A stretch of 64,000 nt of DNA from SAR86 cluster bacterium SAR86B. GTDB taxonomy: Bacteria; Pseudomonadota; Gammaproteobacteria; Magnimaribacterales; D2472. This document shows, piece after piece, positions 1 to 9,545 of the stretch (its first letter is position 1; every line of letters begins with the position of its first letter). Under the pieces are notes generated by a model. It made no database searches and was not told where the DNA came from. It was given only the letters and a program-made list of their open reading frames with translations. The translations under genes and the position numbers were made by a program. The DNA is taken from positions 38,114 through 102,113 of the forward strand of contig CAJJAC010000003.1 in NCBI GenBank assembly GCA_905181955.1, written 5' to 3'.

Positions 1-215
1 AAATTGATTTTCATTTCTTGATATCCAGAAAAACCCATAGCTTTGCAAAACCTAATAAGCGTTGGCTCGCTGATGCCCATAAGCGAAGAGGCCTCAGCAG
101 TTTTAAGACTGATAACAGATTTTGGATCCTTTAAAATATATTCAGCAACAATTTTCTCTGATTTTCTTAATTCAGGAAGAGTATTTTTAATCTTGCGTAA
201 TAATTTTGTTGGCAT
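1..215 (-). CDS. RpiR/HexR-family HTH transcriptional regulator, N-terminal part (gene continues beyond left edge)
   Basis: Not in the ORF track because it is truncated by the window edge. Reverse-strand translation from ATG (215-213) reads MPTKLLRKIKNTLPELRKSEKIVAEYILKDPKSVISLKTAEASSLMGISEPTLIRFCKAMGFSGYQEMK. This is a typical RpiR HTH_6 N-terminus. Confidence 0.6.
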   Translation of the reverse strand, partial: MPTKLLRKIKNTLPELRKSEKIVAEYILKDPKSVISLKTAEASSLMGISEPTLIRFCKAMGFSGYQEMKIN

Positions 216-257
216 AAGGTTAGAATATCCTTCCTAAGCAAAAAAATGAATCCCTAA

Positions 258-2441
258 ATGGATGTATCTTACATATTAGACAATTTGAATGATGAGCAGC
301 GTAAAGCTGTTACATCAGAAAAGCAGCATCTTATGGTGCTTGCTGGCGCTGGCTCTGGTAAAACAAGGGTTCTTGTTCATAAAGTTGCATGGGAAGTTGA
401 AGCATTACAAAAAAATCCTGCAGCCATTATGGCAGTTACTTTTACGAATAAAGCTGCAGCTGAGATGCGTTCTAGAATTGAAGAATTACTACAATCTCCT
501 GCTATGGATTTATGGTGCGGAACCTTTCATGGCTTATCTCACAGAATGCTTAAACGTTTTCATAAAGAAGCCGGCCTCACAAGTGGATTTACAATTCTAG
601 ACTCAGATGATCAATTAAGAATTATCAAAAGAATTGCTAAGGAATCTAACTTAGATGAAGCATCCTGGCCATCGCGTCAAAGCCAATGGCAGATTAACTC
701 TTGGAAAGATGACGGCCTTAGATGCTCTGAAGTTGAAGATCATGGAGACTTTTTTAAAGAGACAATTAAAAAAATATACAAAGAATACGAAGAGATTTGT
801 AAGCAGGATAATTTATTAGATTTTGGCGAGCTCTTACTTAAGTCTTATGAAGTGATTAAAAATAATGAATCGGTGAGATCTTATTTTCATACAAGGTTTA
901 AGACCGTTCTAATTGACGAGTTTCAAGATACTAACTCTATTCAATATAAATGGTTATTAGAAATAGCTTCATCAAGCGCATCTATCACTGCTGTGGGTGA
1001 TGATGATCAATCTATCTATGGATGGAGAGGGGCTAAAGTAGAAAATGTAGCTTCTTTCACTAAGACTTTTAAAAATTCTGAAACGATAAGACTTGAGCAA
1101 AACTACCGCTCTACTAGCATCATACTTTCAGCCGCTAATGCACTTATAGAAAATAATACTGACAGGCTGGGTAAGAATCTTTGGACTGAACAACTTGAAG
1201 GTGAAAATATTATTTTATATCAAGCCTATAACGAGCAAGATGAGGCGCGCTTTGTTGCTGATATTTTAAGAGAGTGGATGAATAAGGGTGAGTTGTATGA
1301 GGATGCAGCTGTCTTATATAGATCTAATGCTCAATCTCGCGCCCTTGAGGAGGCTTTACTAAGATCATCAATTCCATACAGAATATATGGCGGTCAAAGG
1401 TTCTATGAGAGATTAGAAATTAAAAATGCTATCAGCTATTTAAAAATTATCTTTAATCACTCTGACAATCCTTCCTTTGAAAGGTCTATATCCAATCCCA
1501 CTAGAGGAGTTGGCGAGAAAACTTTAAGTAAGATTAGAAGTGCTGCTAAAAAATATAATATTTCTTATATAAAAGCTTCTGCTAAATTAATTGATGAAGG
1601 GGTGATCTCAGGCAAAGGCGGCAATGGGCTTAGATCTTATCTAGAATTAATAGCTGCCTGCAAAGAACTAGCTGAAAGCAATTCATTGTCTGAATTAATG
1701 GAATACATTATTCAAACATCAGGGCTCTATGCTTATCACGGGAAAGAGCCTGGTGAGAAGGGAAAAACAAGAACTGAAAACTTAGAAGAATTAATTACAG
1801 CTACCAAAAACTTTGAACAAAGCATTAGTGATGAAAAGAAAAATATAGAAATTGCAGAAGATTATCTCGATATGATCTCGCTTGATTCTGGAGATAGGCA
1901 AGCGAGTGAACATGATGATGCAGCCCAGCTCATGACCCTTCACTCCGCTAAAGGTTTAGAGTTTAAATTGGTATTAATGACAGGTTTAGAGGAAAGCTTA
2001 TTTCCTCATGGTCGCTCAATGGATAGTATCTCGCAGTTAGAAGAAGAGAGAAGGTTATGTTATGTAGGTATTACTAGAGCTATGCAAAAACTTTATATTA
2101 CTTATGCTGAGTCAAGAAGACTCCATGGATCAGATACCTTTAATCCGCCATCTAGGTTCATTCGGGAGATTCCAAAAGAATTAATGGATGAAATTAGACC
2201 TCGCGCTCAAACTACAACTGCATATACACGCAGAGAATATCCTGCTGCTAAAGAAGCTAAGTATAAAGTTGAAGATGAGATAGGATTTGCATTAGGCCAA
2301 AAAGTCTTGCACCCATCTTTTGGAGAAGGCATAGTTCTTAATTATGAGGGAACAGGTGATGCCGCAAGAGTACAGATTAATTTTGAAAAATCTGGAACCA
2401 AGTGGCTGGTCTTATCTTTTGCTAAACTCGAGAAAATATAA
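258..2441 (+). CDS. uvrD: DNA helicase II (UvrD), SF1 helicase
   Basis: 727 aa. Walker A is AGAGSGKTRVL; helicase motifs are DEFQDTN, VGDDDQSIYGWRGA, QNYRST and MTLHSAKGLEF. Length and C-terminal tail fit UvrD rather than Rep. Confidence 0.85.
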   Translation: MDVSYILDNLNDEQRKAVTSEKQHLMVLAGAGSGKTRVLVHKVAWEVEALQKNPAAIMAVTFTNKAAAEMRSRIEELLQSPAMDLWCGTFHGLSHRMLKRFHKEAGLTSGFTILDSDDQLRIIKRIAKESNLDEASWPSRQSQWQINSWKDDGLRCSEVEDHGDFFKETIKKIYKEYEEICKQDNLLDFGELLLKSYEVIKNNESVRSYFHTRFKTVLIDEFQDTNSIQYKWLLEIASSSASITAVGDDDQSIYGWRGAKVENVASFTKTFKNSETIRLEQNYRSTSIILSAANALIENNTDRLGKNLWTEQLEGENIILYQAYNEQDEARFVADILREWMNKGELYEDAAVLYRSNAQSRALEEALLRSSIPYRIYGGQRFYERLEIKNAISYLKIIFNHSDNPSFERSISNPTRGVGEKTLSKIRSAAKKYNISYIKASAKLIDEGVISGKGGNGLRSYLELIAACKELAESNSLSELMEYIIQTSGLYAYHGKEPGEKGKTRTENLEELITATKNFEQSISDEKKNIEIAEDYLDMISLDSGDRQASEHDDAAQLMTLHSAKGLEFKLVLMTGLEESLFPHGRSMDSISQLEEERRLCYVGITRAMQKLYITYAESRRLHGSDTFNPPSRFIREIPKELMDEIRPRAQTTTAYTRREYPAAKEAKYKVEDEIGFALGQKVLHPSFGEGIVLNYEGTGDAARVQINFEKSGTKWLVLSFAKLEKI

Positions 2442-3529
2442 TGAAACATAAGAATTTATTTATTCTAGGACTTATCTTAATAACGTCATGTTCGAATGAC
2501 GTAGCTGAAAAAATGAGTGATGAAGCTAAAGCTACTCAAACCTATAACTGGCGACTAGTAACAGCATGGCCAAAAAACTATCCTGGTCTTGGAATGGCTC
2601 CAGAGAAGATTGCACAACTTGTAGAAGAAATGAGTAATGGTCAGATGAAAATCACAGTTTATGGTGCTGGTGAACAAGTTCCAGCTTTTGGAGTTTTTGA
2701 AGCTGTTTCAAGTGGCTCTCATCAAATGGGTCATAGCGGGAGTTATTTTTGGAAAGGAAAAGCTCCAGCAGCACAGTTTTTTTCAGGCGTACCTTTTGGA
2801 TTCACTTCTGATGAAATAAATGCTTGGGTATATAAAGGTGGCGGACTTGAGATATGGAGAGAAATATACGAGCCTTTTAATATTCATCCTATGCCTGCGG
2901 GCAATACTGGAACCCAAATGTTTGGCTGGTTTAACAAAGAGATTAATTCATTAGAAGATATAAAAGGTCTAAAAATGCGCATACCAGGAGTGGGAGGCGA
3001 AGTTTTTAAAAGAGCTGGCGGTATTCCTGTAACTTTACCAGCTGGTGAACTTTTTACAGCCCTACAAACAGGGGTAATTGATGCAACTGAATGGGTTGGA
3101 CCTTATAACGATCTGACTTTTGGATTTCAACAGGCTGCTAAGTATTACTACTATCCAGGTTGGCATGAACCAGGCTCAATGCTAGAGCTTTTAATTAACA
3201 AGGAAGCTTGGGAATCTTTACCAAAGCATCTGCAAGTTATTATTGAGACAGCTGCCAAGGCAGTCAATCAAGATACTTTAGCTGAATATACAGCAAGAAA
3301 TAATAGAGCTTTAAGAGAATTAATAGATGTTCATGGCGTTGAATTAAGAAAACTGCCTAATGATGTCATTGCTGAATTTAAAGTCATTGCGAATGAAATT
3401 ATGGAAGAGAATGCAGCCAAAGATCCTACTGTTAACAAAGTCTATCAGTCTTACAAAAATTTTCATGAAGAGGTTTCTGCATATCATGCAATCTCAGAAA
3501 ATGCTTTTATTGAGGCTAGAAATAATTAG
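2441..3529 (+). CDS. dctP: TRAP transporter solute-binding protein (DctP family, lipoprotein-like N-terminus)
   Basis: 362 aa. N-terminus LILITSCSN looks like a lipobox. Strong overall resemblance to DctP-type TRAP periplasmic receptors (NWRLVTAWPKNYPGLG..., RIPGVGGEVFKRAGG). The ATG overlaps the uvrD stop (TAATG). Confidence 0.85.
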   Translation: MKHKNLFILGLILITSCSNDVAEKMSDEAKATQTYNWRLVTAWPKNYPGLGMAPEKIAQLVEEMSNGQMKITVYGAGEQVPAFGVFEAVSSGSHQMGHSGSYFWKGKAPAAQFFSGVPFGFTSDEINAWVYKGGGLEIWREIYEPFNIHPMPAGNTGTQMFGWFNKEINSLEDIKGLKMRIPGVGGEVFKRAGGIPVTLPAGELFTALQTGVIDATEWVGPYNDLTFGFQQAAKYYYYPGWHEPGSMLELLINKEAWESLPKHLQVIIETAAKAVNQDTLAEYTARNNRALRELIDVHGVELRKLPNDVIAEFKVIANEIMEENAAKDPTVNKVYQSYKNFHEEVSAYHAISENAFIEARNN

Positions 3530-4131
3530 TGAAAAATGATTTAACCTTTAAATCACTTGGGCTTACCAATTACCAAGATTCATATGATGCTATGAAGGCT
3601 CATATAACAAACTCTACTTTTGAAAATCAAATATGGCTCCTAGAGCATCCGCCAGTATTTACTCTTGGAACAGCAGCAAGTAAAGAACATATTCTTGATG
3701 CTAAAAATATCCCAGTTATTCAAACCGATAGAGGTGGCGAAGTTACATACCATGGACCTGGCCAGCTAGTTATTTACTTCTTACTTGATATAAAAACTTT
3801 AAAGTGGGGGCCTAAAGCTTTGGTAAAGAATTTAGAAGACTTTATTCAAGAACTACTAAAGCAATATGGTATCGAAACTAATATAATAAGCGGCGCTCCT
3901 GGAGTTTATGTTCAGGATGAAAAAATTGCTTCAATTGGTTTAAGAATATCAAGAGGCAAAACTTATCATGGTATTAGTTTGAATGTTGATATGGACACAG
4001 AGCCATTTAAACAAATTAATCCATGTGGATATGAGGGTTTAAAGGTAACGCAAATAAAAGATTTTATTGATACTATAGATATTAAAGAGGTTGAAGCCTT
4101 AGCAATAAAAATATTAGGCAACCAATTGTAA
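3529..4131 (+). CDS. lipB: Octanoyltransferase LipB
   Basis: 200 aa. GTG start overlaps the dctP stop (TAGTG). Motifs [12 protein letters not shown] and [14 protein letters not shown] are present. lipA is adjacent. Confidence 0.9.
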   Translation: MKNDLTFKSLGLTNYQDSYDAMKAHITNSTFENQIWLLEHPPVFTLGTAASKEHILDAKNIPVIQTDRGGEVTYHGPGQLVIYFLLDIKTLKWGPKALVKNLEDFIQELLKQYGIETNIISGAPGVYVQDEKIASIGLRISRGKTYHGISLNVDMDTEPFKQINPCGYEGLKVTQIKDFIDTIDIKEVEALAIKILGNQL

Positions 4132-4133
4132 TT

Positions 4134-5108
4134 ATGGAAATTATTCCAACAGTAAAGATTGTAAATAGAGATGGCATTAGGGCTGTGAAGAATGGCCAGA
4201 AAGCTAATAAATATTCACATATCCCAAATACACGAAAGCCAGATTGGATTCGTGTTAAAGCCACGTTTGATCCTCGCTACAATCAAGTTAAACAACAAGT
4301 AACTGAAAAACGTCTTAATACTGTTTGTGAAGAAGCTATGTGTCCAAATATTTCAGAGTGTTGGTCTAATGGCACGGCTACCTTTATGTTGCTTGGATCT
4401 GTTTGTACAAGAGCATGTAAATTTTGCTCAGTAGACACTGGTAACCCTAATGGCTGGATAGATGATGATGAGCCCCAAAATACAGCAAATGCTGTAAATA
4501 TGATGGGTTTGAAGTATGTTGTACTAACTTCAGTGAACAGAGATGACTTAGAGGATGGTGGCGCTGATCATTACGCAAGAACAGTTCAGGCTATTAAGGC
4601 TAAAAACCCAAATACTGCGGTAGAGGCGCTTACACCAGACTTTAAAGGTATTTATTCTTCTATTGAAACGATTGTAAATTCTGGACTTGAGGTTTTCGCT
4701 CAAAATATAGAAACCGTTGAAAGATTAACTCATCCAGTCAGAGATATCAGAGCAGGCTATCAACAAACATTAGATGTTTTAGCTGAATCAAAGAAAATTA
4801 ATCCAAGCGTTTTAACCAAAACTAGCTTGATTTTGGGTCTAGGTGAAACTGATGAAGAGATAGAGCAAACTATGGATGATCTTATAAGACATGAAGTAGA
4901 TATTCTTACACTCGGACAATACCTAAGACCAACACTAAATCATTTGCCGGTTGAAAAATGGGTGAGCCCAGAAGAATTTGATCGTTATAGACAGATAGGT
5001 TTAAGAAAAGGCTTCCTTGAAGTTGTTTCTGGTCCTATGGTTAGATCTAGTTATAGGGCGGAAAGAGTCTTAGAAAAGAACAATGCTGGGCTTGGACTAG
5101 CGATATAA
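4134..5108 (+). CDS. lipA: Lipoyl synthase LipA (radical SAM)
   Basis: 324 aa. Cys clusters [12 protein letters not shown] and [10 protein letters not shown] (CxxxCxxC) are present. Begins 2 nt after lipB. Confidence 0.95.
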   Translation: MEIIPTVKIVNRDGIRAVKNGQKANKYSHIPNTRKPDWIRVKATFDPRYNQVKQQVTEKRLNTVCEEAMCPNISECWSNGTATFMLLGSVCTRACKFCSVDTGNPNGWIDDDEPQNTANAVNMMGLKYVVLTSVNRDDLEDGGADHYARTVQAIKAKNPNTAVEALTPDFKGIYSSIETIVNSGLEVFAQNIETVERLTHPVRDIRAGYQQTLDVLAESKKINPSVLTKTSLILGLGETDEEIEQTMDDLIRHEVDILTLGQYLRPTLNHLPVEKWVSPEEFDRYRQIGLRKGFLEVVSGPMVRSSYRAERVLEKNNAGLGLAI

Positions 5109-5127
5109 ATTTTTTATTAAAAATAAA

Positions 5128-5985
5128 ATGACTGAAAGTAATCTTAAAGATTTTATCTCAGGCTACTCTATTGAAGTAGTACCAAATTCTGCTGCTAAGG
5201 TTGAAAGTTTCGCAGATGTACTTCCAAAAAATACTAGAGTCTATATTGCTCACTTGTCAGAAAAAGAAGATATCAAAACCATGGTAGCTACAGCTAAAAG
5301 AATAAGTGACGAGGGATTTTCTGTGATGCCGCATATTCCAGCACGGATTATTAAAAATAAAGCTACCTTAGAAAACTGGATTTCTATGTATAGAAATGAA
5401 GCTAATGTTACAGAAGCTCTTTTAATTGGAGGGGGGTCCTCTCAACCGCTAGGAGATTTTGATTCATCAATCCAATTAATTGAATCAGGTTTATTTGATG
5501 CAGCTGGTTTTAAAAGATTACATATAGCAGGGCACCCAGAAGGCAGTAAAGATATAGATCCTAATGGTGGAAATGCTAATGTTTCCAGCGCTCTTTCATG
5601 GAAACAAGAATTTTCTAAACGCACTGATGCTGAAATGGCTATAGCTACTCAATTTTGTTTTGACGCAACTACAGTTACTCAATGGGCGGAAAGCCTTAAA
5701 CAAGATGGTATAGATATTCCAATTCATATTGGCATCGCTGGTCCAGCTAAACTTCAAACTCTTTTAAGGTTTTCTATTCAATGTGGCATAGGGCCATCAA
5801 TGAAAGTTCTTACAAAAAGAGCTAAGGATTTTACAAAACTTTTATTGCCATATAAGCCTACTGAGATATTAGAAGGTTTAGCAGAATATAAATTAAACAA
5901 TCCAGAGCTAAATATTGAACAAGTACACTTCTTCCCAATTGGTGGCATTAAACAGACTACTGACTGGGTAAAAGAAGTTAGTTAA
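5128..5985 (+). CDS. Methylenetetrahydrofolate reductase (MTHFR/MetF) family protein
   Basis: 285 aa. Colinear with E. coli MetF as I recall it: IAGHPEGS vs AAYPEVHPE, ATQFCFD vs ITQFFFD, and an IGIAGP-type strand. It is divergent, so the exact activity is uncertain. Confidence 0.6.
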   Translation: MTESNLKDFISGYSIEVVPNSAAKVESFADVLPKNTRVYIAHLSEKEDIKTMVATAKRISDEGFSVMPHIPARIIKNKATLENWISMYRNEANVTEALLIGGGSSQPLGDFDSSIQLIESGLFDAAGFKRLHIAGHPEGSKDIDPNGGNANVSSALSWKQEFSKRTDAEMAIATQFCFDATTVTQWAESLKQDGIDIPIHIGIAGPAKLQTLLRFSIQCGIGPSMKVLTKRAKDFTKLLLPYKPTEILEGLAEYKLNNPELNIEQVHFFPIGGIKQTTDWVKEVS

Positions 5986-6142
5986 CTACTGAGCTAATAG
6001 CTCTAGCTCTTAAAACATCTCCAGGCTATAAAAGCTTTAAACCAAGTTTTCTCTTATTTAAAGTAGTAACTCTTTTATATGTTTTAAATAAATTCATATT
6101 AATGTTATCGTCTTTGTAGATATATTTTTTAATAGGTAAATT

Positions 6143-6532
6143 ATGAACTTTCTAGAGGCGGTTAAGAGTTATTTTGTAAGATGGAATGATTTTAAAGGTA
6201 GAAGTTCCAGATCAGAATATTGGTGGGCAATTTTATTTACCAACATAGTAAACATAGTTTTAAATGTTCTTTTACCAAATCTTGAGCCGGGTGATTCAAC
6301 TGGTTTATTCTTACTTGCTTTATTAAAACTCGGAATACTTTTATTTATGCTATTTGCCGTATTATCTTTAATTGCTAGAAGACTTCATGATGTTAATAAA
6401 TCAGGCTGGTGGTATTTATTGATTTTTACAATCATAGGAAGTATTCCTATATTGTATTGGTTTGTTCAGAAAGGGGATGAAGCAGACAATAGATTTGGAC
6501 CTGATCCTTTGGCTGAACCCCAAAACGATTAA
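6143..6532 (+). CDS. DUF805 family inner-membrane protein (YhaH/YhaI-like)
   Basis: 129 aa. Signature strings RSSRSEYWW and RRLHDVNKSGWW plus hydrophobic segments. Confidence 0.8.
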   Translation: MNFLEAVKSYFVRWNDFKGRSSRSEYWWAILFTNIVNIVLNVLLPNLEPGDSTGLFLLALLKLGILLFMLFAVLSLIARRLHDVNKSGWWYLLIFTIIGSIPILYWFVQKGDEADNRFGPDPLAEPQND

Positions 6533-6538
6533 GAGTTT

Positions 6539-7711
6539 TTAATAAGCTATATAAGCAGCAACATTCCAGAAGTTAAATTCTGTTTCTGTTGTGATCTGAG
6601 CATCTGGAATAAAGATGCTTAGTTCATGCCTACCTTTTTCTAATTTACCCAAACTAATTTTCTTTGGTGAGACTTGACTGCCTGGGCACCAACCAGATCT
6701 TGAGTAGTCAGATGATGCAATTCGTTCCTCTATTTCTACACCTTTCCATTCAGCAGTCTCAGTCCATACCCCTGAACTTGGATTAAATCTTCTAAAGGCA
6801 GCGCAGTCATCTCTCCATGGAATGAATTCAGCAACAATCTGATTATTCAGACTAACAACATTTGTTTTTTTAACAAACTCATCGCCTGTTCCATGGCCTC
6901 CATGGCCAGTGGTTAGATAGTAAAGAAATACTTCATCAGCATCTGCTTCTAACTCAAAACTAGTTACTAATGGCTCTATACCAAACTGGTCATACCCATT
7001 TTGACCTGCTGAAAAGGGAGTTGTATTGACTAGTGAAACAATATTTTGGCCTTGTGATTGATTGGTCTGAGCAGGCTCAGTAAATTCTATAGCTACATCA
7101 ATATCCCAGCCTTTGTCAGACCAAGTATCTATGAAAACGCCAACCAAAATCTCACCTTTCAAAATTGGTAATAAATGCGTTATATCCTCACTCCAAGAAA
7201 TATCATCTTCCCATTTAGCAATATAAACAGGCTTAAGTTTTTCACAGCATTCCTCAGTATTAAAGTAACCAACTCCAAATGGAGTAATAAACCTTAGAAG
7301 CTCCAAGGGCGGATAATAATTATTATCTTCAAGTAAGAATTTTTGTATACCTGGATATGAATCCATTGGTTCTTTATTAGGAAAACTATTGTTTGCTAAA
7401 TTTAAAACAGAATAATCTGACGAAGTTGGGATAATAAAAAATGATCCTGATTTATCCCACGGGTCTCCAGTTGAAACCAATGTAATGTTTGCATTAGCAT
7501 GGCGATAATTATTATTTGTGGGCAGTTGAATTGTTTTTAAGATCAAGCGTCCAGAGCCAAGAGCAATTGTTTGATCATTCTGCTCTTCAGAGGAAGGTTG
7601 AAAACGAATGCTTTGTTTTTCAAAAACATCAAATGCAATCTTATTATCCAGACTCTCATTTGAGCATGATGCAATAATCAAAAATACAATTAAAAATTTT
7701 AGATTCTTCAT
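6539..7711 (-). CDS. Putative lipoprotein with PNGase F-like (peptide-N-glycosidase F fold) domains
   Basis: 390 aa. N-terminus FLIIASCSN looks like a lipobox. Ordered motif matches to PNGase F as I recall it: GDPWDKSG, RFITPFGVGYF, GHGGHGTGDEF and SGWCPGSQV. The ATG overlaps the dctM stop (ATGA at 7708-7711). Confidence 0.55.
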   Translation of the reverse strand: MKNLKFLIVFLIIASCSNESLDNKIAFDVFEKQSIRFQPSSEEQNDQTIALGSGRLILKTIQLPTNNNYRHANANITLVSTGDPWDKSGSFFIIPTSSDYSVLNLANNSFPNKEPMDSYPGIQKFLLEDNNYYPPLELLRFITPFGVGYFNTEECCEKLKPVYIAKWEDDISWSEDITHLLPILKGEILVGVFIDTWSDKGWDIDVAIEFTEPAQTNQSQGQNIVSLVNTTPFSAGQNGYDQFGIEPLVTSFELEADADEVFLYYLTTGHGGHGTGDEFVKKTNVVSLNNQIVAEFIPWRDDCAAFRRFNPSSGVWTETAEWKGVEIEERIASSDYSRSGWCPGSQVSPKKISLGKLEKGRHELSIFIPDAQITTETEFNFWNVAAYIAY

Positions 7712-9045
7712 AAAACAATACTCGGAAAGATTAATACTAGTATGAGTATTAATAATTGAATCAAGATAAATGGTATTACACCTTTGTATATTTCAGAAGT
7801 TTTAATACTAGCATCAGCAACACCTCTTAAATAAAACAACGAGAATCCAAATGGAGGAGTTAAAAAGGATGTTTGAAGATTAATAGCTAAAAGCACTGCA
7901 AGCCACACCGGATCAAAGCCCATCATTAAAAGCGGCGGGGCTACCAAGGGAACAATAACATAACAAATTTCAATAAAATCTAATATAAACCCAAGCAAGA
8001 AGACTATCAGCAATACAAATATTAAGGCTGCATAAGGTCCACCTGGGATAGCGCTAAAAATAAGCTCAATAAGATCATCGCCGCCCACACCTCTAAAGAT
8101 TAAAGAGAATATAGAGGCGCCTATTAATATAGTAAATATCATTGTGGTAACAATTGCAGTTTTCTCACTGGTTTCTTTCAAGAATCCCAATGTTAGTTTT
8201 CCATTAACCAATGCAATAATCATGGCGCCCATGGCACCAATCGCTGCCGCTTCTGTAGGAGTGGCAATGCCTCCAATAATAGAACCCAACACTAAGACAA
8301 TAAGCATTAGTGGCAGAGCAAGGGTTTTCAATATTTCAGCACTTGGTGGTGATGTTGCATCAGGTGAGAAATAAATATTTGGATTTTTTGAATTTTGATA
8401 AATGGTATACACTAAATATGAAGTACAAATAAGAATTCCAGGAACAATTGCTCCAATAAAAAGATCGCCAACCGTAACTGTTTTTTGAGAGAAGATACCC
8501 ATATTATTTTGAGCTCTTTGATAAGCATTAGACATAACATCACCTAGTAACACGAGAGCAATTGATGGTGGGATGATTTGCCCCAAGGTCCCAGTAGCTG
8601 CAACAAGACCTGTAGAAAAATCTTTTTTATAACCTTGTTGAATTAAAACTGGCAGCGACATTAAACCCATAGTCACAACAGTTGCACCTACTATTCCAGT
8701 GCTAGCTGCCAAAAGGGCACCGACAACAATAATTGAAATACTTAGACCACCGCGAATATTCTTAAAAGCCAATGCCATATTTTCGAGCATTCTTCCGGCA
8801 ATACCAGATCTTTCAAGGATAGTCCCCATAAATATAAACAAAGGCACAGCAAGCAAGGTAACATTATTCATAATCCCAAATATTCTTAAGGGAATGCTCT
8901 TAAATATATTGGGATCAAATATTCCAGCAGGTATACATAGCAAAGAAAAGAGAATTGATACCCCTGCAAGCGTTAACGCAACTGGATAACCCAGCAACAA
9001 TGCACCGCACACTAATACTAATAATAATAGCGGGATTATTTCCAT
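7708..9045 (-). CDS. dctM: TRAP transporter large permease (DctM)
   Basis: 445 aa, polytopic and very hydrophobic, with typical DctM length and N-terminus. Overlaps dctQ by 10 nt. Confidence 0.9.
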   Translation of the reverse strand: MEIIPLLLLVLVCGALLLGYPVALTLAGVSILFSLLCIPAGIFDPNIFKSIPLRIFGIMNNVTLLAVPLFIFMGTILERSGIAGRMLENMALAFKNIRGGLSISIIVVGALLAASTGIVGATVVTMGLMSLPVLIQQGYKKDFSTGLVAATGTLGQIIPPSIALVLLGDVMSNAYQRAQNNMGIFSQKTVTVGDLFIGAIVPGILICTSYLVYTIYQNSKNPNIYFSPDATSPPSAEILKTLALPLMLIVLVLGSIIGGIATPTEAAAIGAMGAMIIALVNGKLTLGFLKETSEKTAIVTTMIFTILIGASIFSLIFRGVGGDDLIELIFSAIPGGPYAALIFVLLIVFLLGFILDFIEICYVIVPLVAPPLLMMGFDPVWLAVLLAINLQTSFLTPPFGFSLFYLRGVADASIKTSEIYKGVIPFILIQLLILILVLIFPSIVL

Positions 9046-9509
9046 AGGATCCTAGAAGCTTTATATAAAAAAGCTCCAATCAGCGTTAAGGGGAATAAAA
9101 ATATAAAAGATTTTTGAATATACACATAAGCCAAACCACCTGGCTCAGTTGATGTTTCTTTAATACTCCAAGACATATAGATAAGATCAATTGAGTAGAC
9201 AAAAATTACCACACATACAGGTAATAAAAATATGATGCCGCAAACCAAGTTAACCATATCTTTGTATTTTGATTTAGCTTCGCGATAAAAGATGTCTACG
9301 CGAACATGTTCATCTTGATTAAAAACATATCCAGCACAACCCAAAAAGATAAGTGAGTGAAAATACATGACCAATTCCTGAAGATCAGTTCTTCCTATTC
9401 CAAAGAAATAACGACTTACAATAACTACGACCATTAGCAAAGTCATGACGGGAATTAGGTAAGAAATATTCTTCCCTATTAAATTTATGCATTTTTCTAC
9501 AACTTTCAT
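9036..9509 (-). CDS. dctQ: TRAP transporter small permease (DctQ)
   Basis: 157 aa with 4 predicted TM segments, immediately upstream of and overlapping dctM. Confidence 0.8.
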   Translation of the reverse strand: MKVVEKCINLIGKNISYLIPVMTLLMVVVIVSRYFFGIGRTDLQELVMYFHSLIFLGCAGYVFNQDEHVRVDIFYREAKSKYKDMVNLVCGIIFLLPVCVVIFVYSIDLIYMSWSIKETSTEPGGLAYVYIQKSFIFLFPLTLIGAFLYKASRILWK

Positions 9510-9545
9510 TAGAAGTCTCTTAAAGATTTCGTTAGAATTATCACT

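Noticed and set aside
43-237. 64-aa + strand ORF at the left edge
   Set aside because: It is antisense to a much more convincing RpiR-family HTH N-terminus encoded on the minus strand (1-215). Its sequence has no recognisable features.
8144-8989. + strand ORFs of 76 aa and 96 aa within dctM
   Set aside because: They are the antisense shadow of a hydrophobic permease gene. They show no ribosome-binding site or family resemblance.
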